Positions 1-9,773 of a stretch of DNA of 64,000 nt are shown here, one piece after another. Each line of letters begins with the position of its first letter. The first letter of the stretch is position 1. The notes under the pieces were generated by a model. It saw nothing but the letters and a program-made list of their open reading frames with translations. It ran no database searches and was not told where the DNA came from. Source of the stretch: an uncultured Gemmatimonadales bacterium (lineage in GTDB: Bacteria > Gemmatimonadota > Glassbacteria > GWA2-58-10); NCBI GenBank assembly GCA_964548275.1, contig CAZJQI010000009.1:8656-72655 (forward strand). Direction: 5' to 3'. The position numbers and the translations under genes are program-made.

Positions 1-1
1 G

Positions 2-430
2 GAATCGCTGAAAATGCTGGGCAGGCTCGAAGCAGGCAAAACCTTTGCCGATGCCTCTTTCAAGATCAGTGCCCAGTGCAACAGGGTATTCGTGCTGGAC
101 GGCCACCTGGAGTGCACGAGTGTTGGTTTGAAAAAAAAGCCCGGTGTTGAGGAGTTCACTGCTGCTCTGGCAGATTTCAGCGGCAGGCCCCAGGAGTTAA
201 AACTGCCCTCGGCCCCTGAACGTCCGATTATTGTGCGGACCGAGGTGGACCGCCCGCAGCCGCGTTTCGACCGCGACCACGGAGCGGGGATGAGTGTGAC
301 TGTAGGCCGTATTCGCCCCTGCAGCGTGCTGGATTACAAGCTGATCATCCTGAGCCACAATACAGTGCGCGGCGCGGCAGGAGCCTCGATCCTCAACGCC
401 GAGTTTCTCAACGCGGAAGGGTATTATTAA
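2..430 (+). CDS. asd: aspartate-semialdehyde dehydrogenase, C-terminal fragment (5' end outside window)
   Basis: The frame is open from the window edge to TAA at 428-430. The C-terminal motif 'IILSHNTVRGAAGASILNAE' is typical of Asd. A hairpin terminator follows. Confidence 0.75.
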   Translation, partial: ESLKMLGRLEAGKTFADASFKISAQCNRVFVLDGHLECTSVGLKKKPGVEEFTAALADFSGRPQELKLPSAPERPIIVRTEVDRPQPRFDRDHGAGMSVTVGRIRPCSVLDYKLIILSHNTVRGAAGASILNAEFLNAEGYY

Positions 431-462
431 ATGGTAAAACGGAACTGATAGGAAAGTGAAAT

Positions 463-503
463 AAAAGCCCGGCTCGAAATCTATTTCTCAAGCCGGGCTT
501 TTC
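463..503. terminator. bidirectional rho-independent terminator between asd and the MATE gene
   Basis: Perfect 9-bp stem AGCCCGGCT (466-474) / AGCCGGGCT (491-499). It is flanked by an A-run upstream and TTTT downstream and lies between convergent genes. Confidence 0.6.
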
Positions 504-514
504 GCGTACAGCTC

Positions 515-1966
515 TCAGGTCTGCTCAACAAGGTCGCCCCGGTCGATATGCTTCCAGTGCCCCTTGCGGAACCTGATAAGATGAGCGCTGCCGGCCAGTA
601 CCAGGTAGATTAAAAAGAAACTCCAGAGCACCACGTAGTTTGTCGCCACCATTTTCGCCACCAGGAAGATACCGGGGATAAAGAAAAGAATATCCAGAAA
701 CAGGGCTACTTTGAGAAAGTAATTCGTATCTCCGGCGCCGCGCAGAGCCTGCCTGAAAAGACAAACAAAAGCGAAACAGAAATTATAACCGATCAGGAAC
801 AGAAAGATATTTTTCCCTTTGGCTGTTATTAAATCGAAAGGAATATTTTCAGCTCCCTCCACTCTCGGGCGGAAAACCGAGTAGATCGTTTCCGGAAACA
901 GCAGGTAGACCAGAGCGATCAAGCCAGCCATGAAAAGGAGGATTTTCAGCACCAGGTACGGTACTTTCACTCCCTCTTCCGGTTTGCCGGCACCCACAGC
1001 CTGGGCCATCATTGTGAGGGTGGCCAGTGACAGTCCGTGGATGTACATGGTGAGCAGCTCGTTGACCGACCAGGCGATATTGTTGGCGGCCAGCGACTCC
1101 GGCAGTGTGCGCCCCATGAACATGAAAAAAAGCGCAACGGCTATGTAATAAGTCAGGTCGTGGCTGCCTGAGGGCACCCCGAAAGCGATAATTTTTTTCA
1201 TCAGTTTCGGCCGGAAGCTTCTCTGGGTGCGGGTCTCGTATTCGGCCTGGTAGGATTTGCGAAGGAATAGCACGAACATGATCGCCGGCGGTACAGTGGA
1301 GGCAATTGCCGTGGCAATCGCCGCGCCCAGGATACCCAGGCGCGGGAAACCGAAATGGCCGAAAATCAGCACCCAATCCAGGAAGATATTCACCGCGTTG
1401 CCCACCACATTGGCACTCATGGTGATATGTGTCAGCCCACGGCCGGTAAAAAACGATGCAAAAACATTGTTCAGCAGCGGCATCACCGAGGCCGCCATCA
1501 GTACCGTGTAATACGTCCGCTCCAGAGAGGCGATTTCCGCACGGTGGCCGAAAAAATTGAACGCCTCCCTGCCGAAAGGAATCAGGCACAGAAGTGCAAG
1601 GTAGCTGCCTGAGGCGAGGTAGATCCCCTGCCAGATCACGGCAGAGCACATTTTTTTGTTCCCTGCGCCATGGTACTGGGCCACGAAAATATTGATGAAG
1701 CTTGAGACTCCATAGAACATGGTCATGCAGGCAATGTAAAGAAAAGTCGCCGGCCAGACAGCGGAGATTTCATTCGTACCGTACCAGGAAAGAAACATCC
1801 TGTCGAAAAAAAGCATCAGGATTACCGATCCCTGGTTGAAAATCAGGGGCAGGCTGATCCGGAGGAGCCGTCGGGCGAGAGAACCGGGGAAAGGTTCTCT
1901 TTCGGTTTGATCCGTCAGGAGATAATTTGGTTTCTGTCCATGCATCTGAACTGTTTGTCTGTTCAA
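515..1966 (-). CDS. MATE family efflux transporter
   Basis: 483-aa polytopic membrane ORF. The N-terminus 'LLRISLPLIFNQGSVILMLFFDRMFLSWYG' is NorM/DinF-like, with many hydrophobic segments consistent with a 12-TM MATE fold. Confidence 0.8.
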   Translation of the reverse strand: MNRQTVQMHGQKPNYLLTDQTEREPFPGSLARRLLRISLPLIFNQGSVILMLFFDRMFLSWYGTNEISAVWPATFLYIACMTMFYGVSSFINIFVAQYHGAGNKKMCSAVIWQGIYLASGSYLALLCLIPFGREAFNFFGHRAEIASLERTYYTVLMAASVMPLLNNVFASFFTGRGLTHITMSANVVGNAVNIFLDWVLIFGHFGFPRLGILGAAIATAIASTVPPAIMFVLFLRKSYQAEYETRTQRSFRPKLMKKIIAFGVPSGSHDLTYYIAVALFFMFMGRTLPESLAANNIAWSVNELLTMYIHGLSLATLTMMAQAVGAGKPEEGVKVPYLVLKILLFMAGLIALVYLLFPETIYSVFRPRVEGAENIPFDLITAKGKNIFLFLIGYNFCFAFVCLFRQALRGAGDTNYFLKVALFLDILFFIPGIFLVAKMVATNYVVLWSFFLIYLVLAGSAHLIRFRKGHWKHIDRGDLVEQT

Positions 1967-2033
1967 TACAAAACTGCCCAGCCCGCGAACTTCACGGGTC
2001 GGGCAGTAAATACTTGGCGATTGATCCGGTTTT

Positions 2034-2507
2034 TCAGGCCTTGAACGTGATCACCGGATCCGGCATCGGAAGTACATCGACTCTGGTTCCCGCCTCCCGG
2101 AAAAGATCGGGGGTGTTCTTGTCCGAATATTCATTGAATGAAACAAAGCGCTCGATTCCGGCGTTGACAATCATCTTCGCGCAGATCATACACGGCGAGT
2201 GGGTGCAGTACATTGTGGCCCCGGCAGTGGAGACGCCGTGAAGGCTGGCCTGGATGATCGCATTCTGCTCGGCGTGGATCGCCCTGCAGACCTCATGCCG
2301 TGTGCCGGACTCGATTCCCTGTTCTTCGCGCAGGCAGCCCAGCTCAAGGCAATCTTTCAACCCCTTGGCGGCACCGTTATAGCCGGTTGCCAGCACCCGT
2401 CTGTCCCGCACCAGTACTGCTCCCATGTGATGGCGAAGGCAGGTGGAGCGTTCAGCAACCAGCATGGCCATCTTGAGAAAGTAATCGTCCCAGCTCGGCC
2501 GGCTCAT
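2034..2507 (-). CDS. deoxycytidylate (dCMP) deaminase, ComEB/Dctd family
   Basis: Carries the cytidine/deoxycytidylate deaminase zinc motifs HAEQNAI and [10 protein letters not shown] (PCxxC). 157 aa. Confidence 0.9.
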   Translation of the reverse strand: MSRPSWDDYFLKMAMLVAERSTCLRHHMGAVLVRDRRVLATGYNGAAKGLKDCLELGCLREEQGIESGTRHEVCRAIHAEQNAIIQASLHGVSTAGATMYCTHSPCMICAKMIVNAGIERFVSFNEYSDKNTPDLFREAGTRVDVLPMPDPVITFKA

Positions 2508-3124
2508 AGAAGTTCCTCCACTTTGGCGTACAACTCCTCGAGGGTGCCGTCATTGACAATCACCAGGTCGCTCATCCTGAAAACCCGCTCCAGCTGCTGT
2601 TCGTTTTCGTTCCCGGCCAGCTCGGCCTGCTCATCCCGGATAAATTCTTCGAGAGTTTTCGCATCGTCGGTGCGGCTGCGGGCTTTGGCTCTTTCGTAGC
2701 GCAACTGGATCGGAGCGTCGACCGCAATCAGGATAAAGTCGTCCCGCCTGCGCAAGGCGTCGACCTCTCCAGGGTTGCGGATACTCACCACCACGCCCGC
2801 CTTGACACCTTCAAGCTCGGCAAGTGCCCTTTCAGCAAGCACACCGGCACCTTTGGCCTGCCGCTGGGCGTTGCCCTCGGCAGTAAGATTCTCCCGGGTA
2901 ATCGGCAAGCCTTTCTTTTTCAGTTCCTTGCGCAGGATATCCGAGAGGCTGAAATAGCCGAACGCGTGATGTTCGACAAGATAGCGGGCCGCCTTATCCT
3001 TGCCCGCCGCGTTGCGGGATGTTAGCCCGATCAGCAAATTCGCTCCGTGATAGCGGAGGTTGTGTAGCCGGTATATGGGTGTGAAGGTTTCAGTCAAGCA
3101 TGAAGTGCAGAAGCTGTATGACAT
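2504..3124 (-). CDS. small P-loop nucleotide/nucleoside kinase-like protein (dNMP-kinase / CoaE-like fold); start uncertain
   Basis: About 200-aa ORF with a P-loop-like '[11 protein letters not shown]', which is atypical: S at the first position and D after the GK. Its stop overlaps the dCMP deaminase start (ATGA). The annotated ATG overlaps the accD 3' end by 35 nt, and a TTG at 3097 is an alternative start. Confidence 0.5.
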   Translation of the reverse strand: MSYSFCTSCLTETFTPIYRLHNLRYHGANLLIGLTSRNAAGKDKAARYLVEHHAFGYFSLSDILRKELKKKGLPITRENLTAEGNAQRQAKGAGVLAERALAELEGVKAGVVVSIRNPGEVDALRRRDDFILIAVDAPIQLRYERAKARSRTDDAKTLEEFIRDEQAELAGNENEQQLERVFRMSDLVIVNDGTLEELYAKVEELL

Positions 3125-3929
3125 GCTCGCGCATCTTGCTGCGCAGCACTACCATGTCGAGCATACCGTGTTCGAGTAGAAACTCGGCGCGCTGGAAACC
3201 CTCCGGTAGATCCTGACGAATGGTCTGCTTGATAACCCGCGGGCCGGCAAAACCGATCAGCGCACCGGGCTCGGCGATATTAATATCGCCGAGCATCGAG
3301 TAGCTGGCAGTAACTCCGCCAGTGGTCGGATGCACAAGGATCGAAATATAGGGCAAACCCTCCTCATGCATTCTTCCCAGGTAGGCACTGGTTTTGGCCA
3401 TCTGCATCAGCGAGAAAATCCCCTCCATCATCCGTGCTCCGCCGCTGCGCGACACGATAATCAACCCCTGGCGGCGGTCTATCGCACGGCGCGTGGTCCT
3501 GGCAATTTTCTCTCCCACAACCGATCCCATGCTTCCGCCGATAAAAGAGAAATCCATCGCGCCGAACTGGACACGAATCCCGTCGATTAAACCCTCCCCG
3601 ACCACTATGGCTTCGTTTTTGAGGGTGCTCTTTACCGCTTTTTCCAGCCGGTCGGTATATTTCATCCGGTCGACAAATTTAAGCGGGTCGACGCTTCTAA
3701 TCTCCCGGTCGCTTTCAGAGAAAGTGTCCTTGTCAAAGAGGATGTTGATGTATTCATCCGGAGTTATCCCGTAGTGGTGCCCACAGCGTGGACAGACCAT
3801 GAGATTTTTTTCCAGTTCCTTTTTGTAAAGGATTTCGCCGCAGGCATCGCACTTGATCCACAAATCATCGGGGATCACTTTTTTCGGCTGGATTTTAGGG
3901 CCACGCTTTTCTTTTCTGAACCAGGCCAA
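3090..3929 (-). CDS. accD: acetyl-CoA carboxylase carboxyltransferase beta subunit
   Basis: N-terminal zinc ribbon 'CDACGEILYKKELEKNLMVCPRCGHH' followed by a carboxyltransferase domain ('GGSMGSVVGEK', 'SGGARMMEG'). Confidence 0.95.
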   Translation of the reverse strand: MAWFRKEKRGPKIQPKKVIPDDLWIKCDACGEILYKKELEKNLMVCPRCGHHYGITPDEYINILFDKDTFSESDREIRSVDPLKFVDRMKYTDRLEKAVKSTLKNEAIVVGEGLIDGIRVQFGAMDFSFIGGSMGSVVGEKIARTTRRAIDRRQGLIIVSRSGGARMMEGIFSLMQMAKTSAYLGRMHEEGLPYISILVHPTTGGVTASYSMLGDINIAEPGALIGFAGPRVIKQTIRQDLPEGFQRAEFLLEHGMLDMVVLRSKMREHVIQLLHFMLD

Positions 3930-4076
3930 GTGCTACCTCCAATTTAATTTCCGGCTAAGCTCAAAGGCTATCCGCAGAGCCGTTGATTTGATACGGGCAC
4001 AGGGGAAAACATAATCTAATTTCCAGAGAAAGCACAAGTCAAGAATAACAAGCCCCGGTTGTGAAACGCAAGCAGG

Positions 4077-4550
4077 CTAAAGTTCGAGCTTCATGATCAC
4101 GGAGTCCTCCACCGGATGGGAGTAATATCCACGCTGAATGCCGATTTGCGCAAACCCATAGCGCTTGTAAAGCTCGATAGCCCGCTGGTTTGAACTGCGC
4201 ACCTCGAGAAAAAGAACGGTCACCTTCCGCTTGCGGCAGGCCTTGATTGTGGCCTCCAGCAGTGTTCTGGCCACATAGCGTCCCTGGTATTCCCGTGCCA
4301 CGGCGATATTGCCCAGCTCTGCGGTTTTGATCACTATCCAGCAGCAACTGTAGCCGATCACCTTGTTTTCTGCCAGAGCAGTCAGGCTGATTACCTCAGG
4401 TTTGCCGATCAGCCTCTTGAAATCCTCAACTTTCCAGGGCTGTCTGAATACCTCCCTCTCGATTTCCATAACCGCCTCCAGATGTTTCTCGGCCAGAGGA
4501 ACAAGCTTAACTTTCAGCTTTTCGGGACGGTTGTTCGGTTCGGCGTTCAT
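4077..4550 (-). CDS. rimI: ribosomal-protein-alanine N-acetyltransferase (GNAT)
   Basis: GNAT core 'NIAVAREYQGRYVARTLL...LEVRSSNQRAIELYKRYGF'. The ATG at 4550 forms an ATGA overlap with the tsaB stop. The longer ORF to 4829 is a spurious 5' extension running through tsaB. Confidence 0.85.
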   Translation of the reverse strand: MNAEPNNRPEKLKVKLVPLAEKHLEAVMEIEREVFRQPWKVEDFKRLIGKPEVISLTALAENKVIGYSCCWIVIKTAELGNIAVAREYQGRYVARTLLEATIKACRKRKVTVLFLEVRSSNQRAIELYKRYGFAQIGIQRGYYSHPVEDSVIMKLEL

Positions 4551-5257
4551 AATCCGAGTCTGAGTTCGGCCTGGCCCACGCGGATATAGTGGGGTTCGAA
4601 AGCCAGGATATCCTCGACCCTGTAGCCTTCGGCAGAGGCCAGGACTAGATTGCCCAGCAATGAGGCGTTCGGATGATCCAGCTCTTTCGGCACTGGCTGA
4701 AGATACTTTCCGGCGCAGGCTCTTATTTCGCTCTCCCGCTTTCTGAATCCCTGTCCCAGGCAGATAATTTTCCCCCTGTGAGCGAGGCCGGGAAGCAGGC
4801 TGCAAAGCTTTCCGACACCGAGGACGCATGGAGTTAAAAGCTCTTGGGCCTGACTGGAGCCGGGGGGCCAGAAATAGCAGGCGGCATAGAGTTCATCCTG
4901 GCCGGCATTGAATGTTGCGCAGACAGGTAATCCGTAGCCCGCTGCGCCATAGGCAAGCGCCATCAGCGAACCCGCCGCATACAAGGGCTTGCCCGTGACC
5001 CAGGCCAGTGTTTTTGCCGTACTCGCTCCAATCCTCAAACCGGTAAAGGAGCCCGGGCCCACCGCTACGGCCACCCCACCAAGCTGTGCGAAACTTACCC
5101 CGCATTCGGCCATAAGCTCCCTTATCGTTGAAAAAAGCCTCTCGGCCTGCGCTGCCTGGTCCTTTTTAGTGCGGCTTGCCAGAGGTCCCTCTTTGTCCAC
5201 AAGAGCCACGGAGCCTACAGGAGTAGATGTGTCAATACAGAGAAAAGTTCCGGTCAT
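4547..5257 (-). CDS. tsaB: tRNA t6A37 threonylcarbamoyl transfer protein TsaB (YeaZ)
   Basis: N-terminus 'LCIDTSTPVGSVALV' and 'VAVGPGSFTGLRIG' are TsaB/YeaZ signatures. Start chosen at the ATG at 5257, just after the tsaE stop (5263). Confidence 0.85.
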   Translation of the reverse strand: MTGTFLCIDTSTPVGSVALVDKEGPLASRTKKDQAAQAERLFSTIRELMAECGVSFAQLGGVAVAVGPGSFTGLRIGASTAKTLAWVTGKPLYAAGSLMALAYGAAGYGLPVCATFNAGQDELYAACYFWPPGSSQAQELLTPCVLGVGKLCSLLPGLAHRGKIICLGQGFRKRESEIRACAGKYLQPVPKELDHPNASLLGNLVLASAEGYRVEDILAFEPHYIRVGQAELRLGL

Positions 5258-5262
5258 CGGTC

Positions 5263-5763
5263 TCAGAGATTCCTTTCCAGCCAGAGAGGGATTTTCGAGC
5301 GCAACTCCGGCCATATATCGCCCAGTATTAGAATTTTCACTCTGCGCTGTCTGCGACCCTCATAACTCAGATGTATTTCAAGCCTCGATTGTGGCAAAAG
5401 TCCCAGTGCCCGGTCGGACCACTCAACGCACACGAGACTGTCGCCGGTAAAAATCTCGTCCAGCCCGATCTCGTACAGCTCTTTTTCCTCTTCAATCCGG
5501 TAGCAATCCACATGCACCAGTGGAAGACGGCCGCCGTGGTAGCGATTGATTAGAGTGTAGGTCGGGCTGGTGATCGCGCACCTGTGCCCTAACCCAGCGC
5601 CAAGAGCCTGAATAAAAGTGGTTTTACCCGATCCCAGTCCGCCGAAAAAGGCCATCACACCGGGCGCACGGATCACCTCGGCGATCTCCCCGGCCAGTGA
5701 GACAGTTTTCTCAAGGCGGTCGACTACAAAGGTCCATTCGTTATTTGAATTCGGCTCTGACAT
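5263..5763 (-). CDS. tsaE: tRNA t6A37 ATPase TsaE (YjeE)
   Basis: Walker A 'GGLGSGKTTF' and 'TSPTYTLINRY...HVDCYR' motifs. Start chosen at the internal ATG (MSEPN...) at 5763. Confidence 0.85.
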   Translation of the reverse strand: MSEPNSNNEWTFVVDRLEKTVSLAGEIAEVIRAPGVMAFFGGLGSGKTTFIQALGAGLGHRCAITSPTYTLINRYHGGRLPLVHVDCYRIEEEKELYEIGLDEIFTGDSLVCVEWSDRALGLLPQSRLEIHLSYEGRRQRRVKILILGDIWPELRSKIPLWLERNL

Positions 5764-6072
5764 ATTCAACTTTTGCTGATCGTTAAAGAAAAAATTACTC
5801 ACGCCGCTGCCTATGCGCAAGATACATCGAAAATGTGCGAAACAAATCTGGTTAGCAGGATAAGACTGTTACTGTATTGAGTGAGGTAAATTGGCAGGTT
5901 TGCCAAAAGAAATCAATATTCTGGAGGTGATATCTGCATACAGGCCGCTGGCCACACCTATTTCCTTGTACTGCGTAATGGATTACGAAATAATGGGATG
6001 CCAATGGCCGTTATTTGGAAGTATCTTGATCAGGAAATGATATGTTTATTCATGCGGCAATAATGCCTGCTG

Positions 6073-6675
6073 TCAGCTTTCTTCCTGCCTTGCCCGAAAA
6101 ACCTCGTACTGGGTTTTGGCCTCGTTCACTCTTTCGATAACCCGGATCCAGTTGTTGAAAACGAGGGCGTTATAGTAAGTGATCACCAGTTCCCGGGAAT
6201 TCAAGTCGATACTTCTGTCAAAAAGGTAAATCGCCGATAACGGCGGCCTTCTGATATAGACGACCCTGGAGTTGAAATTCGGAGAGACAGCAACGATCTC
6301 GATAGGCCTGTATTCCTGGCCGTAGTTATAGATCAACAGTTCGTGGGGTTCATACCTTATTTCCCGGCCCAATGCGCGAAAGGTTACCAGGAACGGTATT
6401 GGCCTTTTCGGATCATCAGGATTGTAGTTGATATTATCGGCGAGGTTGTCTTCTTTAAGCTTGCGCAGATAATCTCTCATCTCTTTGGTGGCGTAGCGGA
6501 TGATACTCTCGTCCATTGCGGTCACTGTTATTTCCAGGTCACCGCCGCGCATTCTAACAGTTATATCGTCTCTTTCAAGGAGACCCTCATAATCCTCGGG
6601 AACATCCTCATCCTGGCCCGTAACCGGAAAAGCGAGGATGAAAAGCAGCAGGGGGATAAATAATCCGGCTTTCAT
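6073..6675 (-). CDS. hypothetical secreted protein (about 200 aa); no family recognised
   Basis: The start at ATG 6675 gives a signal peptide 'MKAGLFIPLLLFILAFPVTGQ', with GGAG 8 nt upstream. I see no recognisable motifs. Confidence 0.5.
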   Translation of the reverse strand: MKAGLFIPLLLFILAFPVTGQDEDVPEDYEGLLERDDITVRMRGGDLEITVTAMDESIIRYATKEMRDYLRKLKEDNLADNINYNPDDPKRPIPFLVTFRALGREIRYEPHELLIYNYGQEYRPIEIVAVSPNFNSRVVYIRRPPLSAIYLFDRSIDLNSRELVITYYNALVFNNWIRVIERVNEAKTQYEVFRARQEES

Positions 6676-6896
6676 GGCTGACTCCAAGAAGGGCTTGAAA
6701 GTGAGAGTGATTTCACAAACTTTGGCTATTCTTTTAATATTTGAGACGATGCCGGCAGGGCAAATATTCATTCTGAATTGATAATTGTTCCAGTATTCCG
6801 ATCTGTCAAGAGATTTTGCGTCCATGGAGTAATATTCAAAATTTATTGTTGTTCAGTCTTTTCTTCCCAGGCAAGCCGTGAATTGGATTTTTCTCC

Positions 6897-9701
6897 TCAC
6901 CGGGAATCCCGGGCGGGTTTGAATGCAGGCATCCGGGCAAGCATCGCTCCGGTATAGCTTTTCTTACAGGCGGCCACGGTTTCGGGCGGACCCTGGACCA
7001 CCACCTTTCCCCCTGCGTCCCCGCCTTCCGGTCCCAGGTCGACAACCCAGTCGGCGTGGGCGATTACCTCGGGGTGGTGTTCCACTACGATTACCGTATT
7101 GCCAGCCTCTAGCAGGCGGTTAAGTACACGAAGGAGCTTTTTTACTTCCACTGCATGAAGTCCGGTGGTTGGTTCATCCAGGATATATAACTTTCCGCGA
7201 TGAGCCCGGCCAGAGCCTCCCTCGATCAACTGGCGAGCTATCTTGAGTCGCTGGCTTTCCCCGCCCGAAAGCGTGGTCGCACTTTGGCCGAGCTTCAGGT
7301 AGCCCAGCCCGACAGACTGAAGCACCCAGAGCGGCTTGCCTATTCCGGCCTGGTCGGAGAAAAAAGCTATCGCCTCGTTGACACTCAGTTCGAGCACCTG
7401 GTCGATTGTTTTTCCCTGATAGGGAACGCCAAGCGTACTGGCCGTGAACCGCTTGCCCCCGCAGGCTTCACACGGCACCATCACATCGGCCATGAACTGC
7501 ATGTCCACCAGTTCGAATCCTGCCCCCTTGCAGACCTCACAGCGGCCCCCCGGTGTGTTGAAAGAAAAATCACGGGGCGCCAGACCCAGGCGCTTGGCAG
7601 TCGACGTGCTGGCGAAAAGCTTGCGCACGTGGTCGAAAGCTTTGATATAGGTAATCGGATTTGAGCGCGGTGTCTTTCCGATAGGGGATTGGTCGACCAG
7701 CACGACACCGTCAAGATTCTCGCAGTTCTTAACAGTTACTTTTTCCAGTTCCTGAGCCAGGCGGCCCGAGCCTGAAAGCACAGCCTCCACAGAAGGCTTC
7801 AACACCTCCATTACCAGGGAACTCTTCCCGCTTCCGCTTACTCCGGTTACACAGTTGAACAGCCCGATCCCGAACTTTGTCTCCATTTTCTTGAGGTTAT
7901 GAAGGCTTGCTCCCCGCAGGATGATATACTTTCTGGCTGACCTCACTTTTGCTTTTTTCTCAATCTCAGGATTCCTTAAATAACACGCGGTGGCGCTTTG
8001 GGTGGAGAGAAATTTTTTGATCTGCCCGCTGAACAGCACCCGGCCGCCCTGTTGGCCACTTCCCGGGCCGAGTTCCACAACGTGGTCTGCAGAGCCGATA
8101 ACCTCACGGTCATGCTCCACCACGATCAGGCTGTTGCCGCGGCTGACCAGGTTCCGCAGCACAGTGACCAACTGTCGGGTGTCTCGCTGGTGAAGGCCGA
8201 TTGTGGGTTCGTCAAGCACGAAAAGAGTATCGGTCAGTCCACTGCCCAGAAGGCGTGTGAGCATGATCCGCTGGTACTCGCCTCCGGAAAGCGTACGGGT
8301 CAGGCGGGAAAGGGTCAGATAGCCCAGGCCGACCTCGAGCATGAAATCGAGCCTCGAGTTGATTTCATCAATCAGTTCCGAGACCGCCTCGAGACGGTTC
8401 GAGGAGAGTTTCTTGTCAAGAACCTCGAAATGCTCCCGCAGCTTTTCGATACTTACCTCTGCAAGATTGGAGATAGTCTCCCCTGCCACAACCACATCGT
8501 GCGCCTCGCTTCTCAAGCGGCTGCCTCCGCAGTCCGGGCAGGTGTGTTCGCTCTGGTAGCTGCGCAGGAAAAAACGGATGTACTGCTTGTACTTTTTCCT
8601 CTCCAGGCGGCGCAGGAAAGTCAACAGGCCTTCAAACCACGAATCGCCATGAAGGAGGAAGTCCCTGTCATGCTGGGGCAAATCACGCCAGGGTGTGTGC
8701 ATATCGATCCCTTTTTCGTTGCAGAGAGCCCTGAGCCGTGCCCTGCGGCCCTCATAGCGCGGTTTGGTCCAGGGATCGAGCGCTCCGCCTGCCAATGTAC
8801 GGCCCTCATCCGGCACGATCAGGCGAAGATCGTAATCCAGAAGGTTGCCGAAGCCGCGGCAGGTGGCGCAGGCTCCATACGGATTGTTGAAAGAGAAGAG
8901 GTTGGGCGTGGGTTCCGGGAAATAACGCTCGCAGGGCGCACAGTGATAGCGCTGAGAGAACATGAGAGGTTCATCCAGACCTCCGATAAGTACACGCAGA
9001 ACGCCCTCACCGTGGCTGAATGCGACAGCCAGGCTTTCAGCAAGGCGACTCCGGTTTCGCGGTTCGATCTTTACCCTGTCCACTACCACCTGAAGCGGGG
9101 CAGAGAGGTCAAGCCGGGAAGCAGCATTTTGATCGTTCAGGCGAAGTATTTCGCCGCTTTGGGCGTTGATCAAACGGATAAATCCCAGCGCCAGAAGGTT
9201 TTCCCGCAGCGTTTGGGCTGTGATTATATCCGAGTGGGCAGGTTCGAAACTAACAGTTGCCTGGGAGCCCTCGTGGCCGCTGAAAAGCTTTTCAGTAACC
9301 GTTTCCGGCGAATCCGGCTGGACAGTTCGGCCGCATTCGGGACAGATTGTTTCACCGGCCCGTGCGTAGATCAACCGAAAGTAGTCGTAAATCTCGGTGA
9401 TCGTGCCCACAGTGCTCCGGGAGGTATTTACCGGGTTTCGCTGCTCGACTGCCACGGCAGGGCTCAGGCCGCTCAGTTCGTCCACATCCGGGCGGGGTAT
9501 GCGTTCCATGAACTGAAGGACATAAGTAGGAAGGGTTTCCAGGAAACGCCACCTGCTTTCCTGGTAGAGCGTATCGAAAACCAGCGAGCTCTTGCCTGAT
9601 CCGGACACCCCACTGACAACGACAAGCTTGTTCCGCGGAAGATCGAGATCGATATTTTTCAGATTATGCTGGCGCGCGCCTTTTATTTTAATCCATTTCA
9701 C
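6897..9701 (-). CDS. uvrA: excinuclease ABC subunit A
   Basis: 934 aa with two ABC modules: 'GVSGSGKSS' twice, and signatures 'LSGGEYQR' and 'LSGGESQRLK'. It has zinc-module cysteines (CPECG, CAPC...CATC, CPDCGG, CEVCKG...CEAC) and 'PIGKTPRSNPITY'. Domain order is as in E. coli UvrA. Confidence 0.88.
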   Translation of the reverse strand: MKWIKIKGARQHNLKNIDLDLPRNKLVVVSGVSGSGKSSLVFDTLYQESRWRFLETLPTYVLQFMERIPRPDVDELSGLSPAVAVEQRNPVNTSRSTVGTITEIYDYFRLIYARAGETICPECGRTVQPDSPETVTEKLFSGHEGSQATVSFEPAHSDIITAQTLRENLLALGFIRLINAQSGEILRLNDQNAASRLDLSAPLQVVVDRVKIEPRNRSRLAESLAVAFSHGEGVLRVLIGGLDEPLMFSQRYHCAPCERYFPEPTPNLFSFNNPYGACATCRGFGNLLDYDLRLIVPDEGRTLAGGALDPWTKPRYEGRRARLRALCNEKGIDMHTPWRDLPQHDRDFLLHGDSWFEGLLTFLRRLERKKYKQYIRFFLRSYQSEHTCPDCGGSRLRSEAHDVVVAGETISNLAEVSIEKLREHFEVLDKKLSSNRLEAVSELIDEINSRLDFMLEVGLGYLTLSRLTRTLSGGEYQRIMLTRLLGSGLTDTLFVLDEPTIGLHQRDTRQLVTVLRNLVSRGNSLIVVEHDREVIGSADHVVELGPGSGQQGGRVLFSGQIKKFLSTQSATACYLRNPEIEKKAKVRSARKYIILRGASLHNLKKMETKFGIGLFNCVTGVSGSGKSSLVMEVLKPSVEAVLSGSGRLAQELEKVTVKNCENLDGVVLVDQSPIGKTPRSNPITYIKAFDHVRKLFASTSTAKRLGLAPRDFSFNTPGGRCEVCKGAGFELVDMQFMADVMVPCEACGGKRFTASTLGVPYQGKTIDQVLELSVNEAIAFFSDQAGIGKPLWVLQSVGLGYLKLGQSATTLSGGESQRLKIARQLIEGGSGRAHRGKLYILDEPTTGLHAVEVKKLLRVLNRLLEAGNTVIVVEHHPEVIAHADWVVDLGPEGGDAGGKVVVQGPPETVAACKKSYTGAMLARMPAFKPARDSR

Positions 9702-9773
9702 AGCGGTGCTTAACTCTGGATATAATGGGAAATAGTAGAGAAGGACGGAATATTTGAGGCCCTTTTCAACCCG

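Noticed and set aside
4551-4829. N-terminal extensions offered by the ORF track for rimI, tsaB (5258-5314), tsaE (5764-5820), the secreted orphan (6676-6825), smc (23972-24040), the second PPIase (49551-49631), the TGc-like gene (55533-55802) and DUF5107 (57521-57565).
   Set aside because: The internal ATGs give family-typical N-termini or signal peptides and have RBS-like sequences. They also remove overlaps with the upstream genes. The extensions translate to implausible sequence.
7505-7530. A tRNA T-loop-like string 'GTTCGAATCCTGCCCCC'.
   Set aside because: It lies inside the uvrA coding frame. The flanking bases do not form a T-stem (CCAG/CCTG are not complementary), and no acceptor or anticodon arms can be drawn.
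7998-9599. A 533-aa ORF on the plus strand, plus other long ORFs antisense to strong genes: 13528-14511, 18206-19075, 19399-20094, 38079-38849, 52326-53150, 57815-58723 and 59657-60394.
   Set aside because: Each lies entirely opposite a gene with unmistakable family motifs (uvrA, pilU, pilR, nagB, pfk and others). Their translations are Arg/Ala/Gly/Pro-rich with no motifs. These are typical shadow ORFs of mid/high-GC coding DNA.
6897-9701. The UvrA N-terminus diverges from the canonical sequence: 'YQESRWRFLETLPTYVLQF' and 'VAVEQR' against the E. coli 'YAEGQRRYVESLSAYARQF' and 'ISIEQK'. I considered whether it is a UvrA2-type paralogue.
   Set aside because: Length, zinc modules, a UvrB-binding-domain-sized insert and the C-terminal ABC half are all as in bona fide UvrA. 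Divergence alone is not enough, and paralogy can only be judged with the whole genome.
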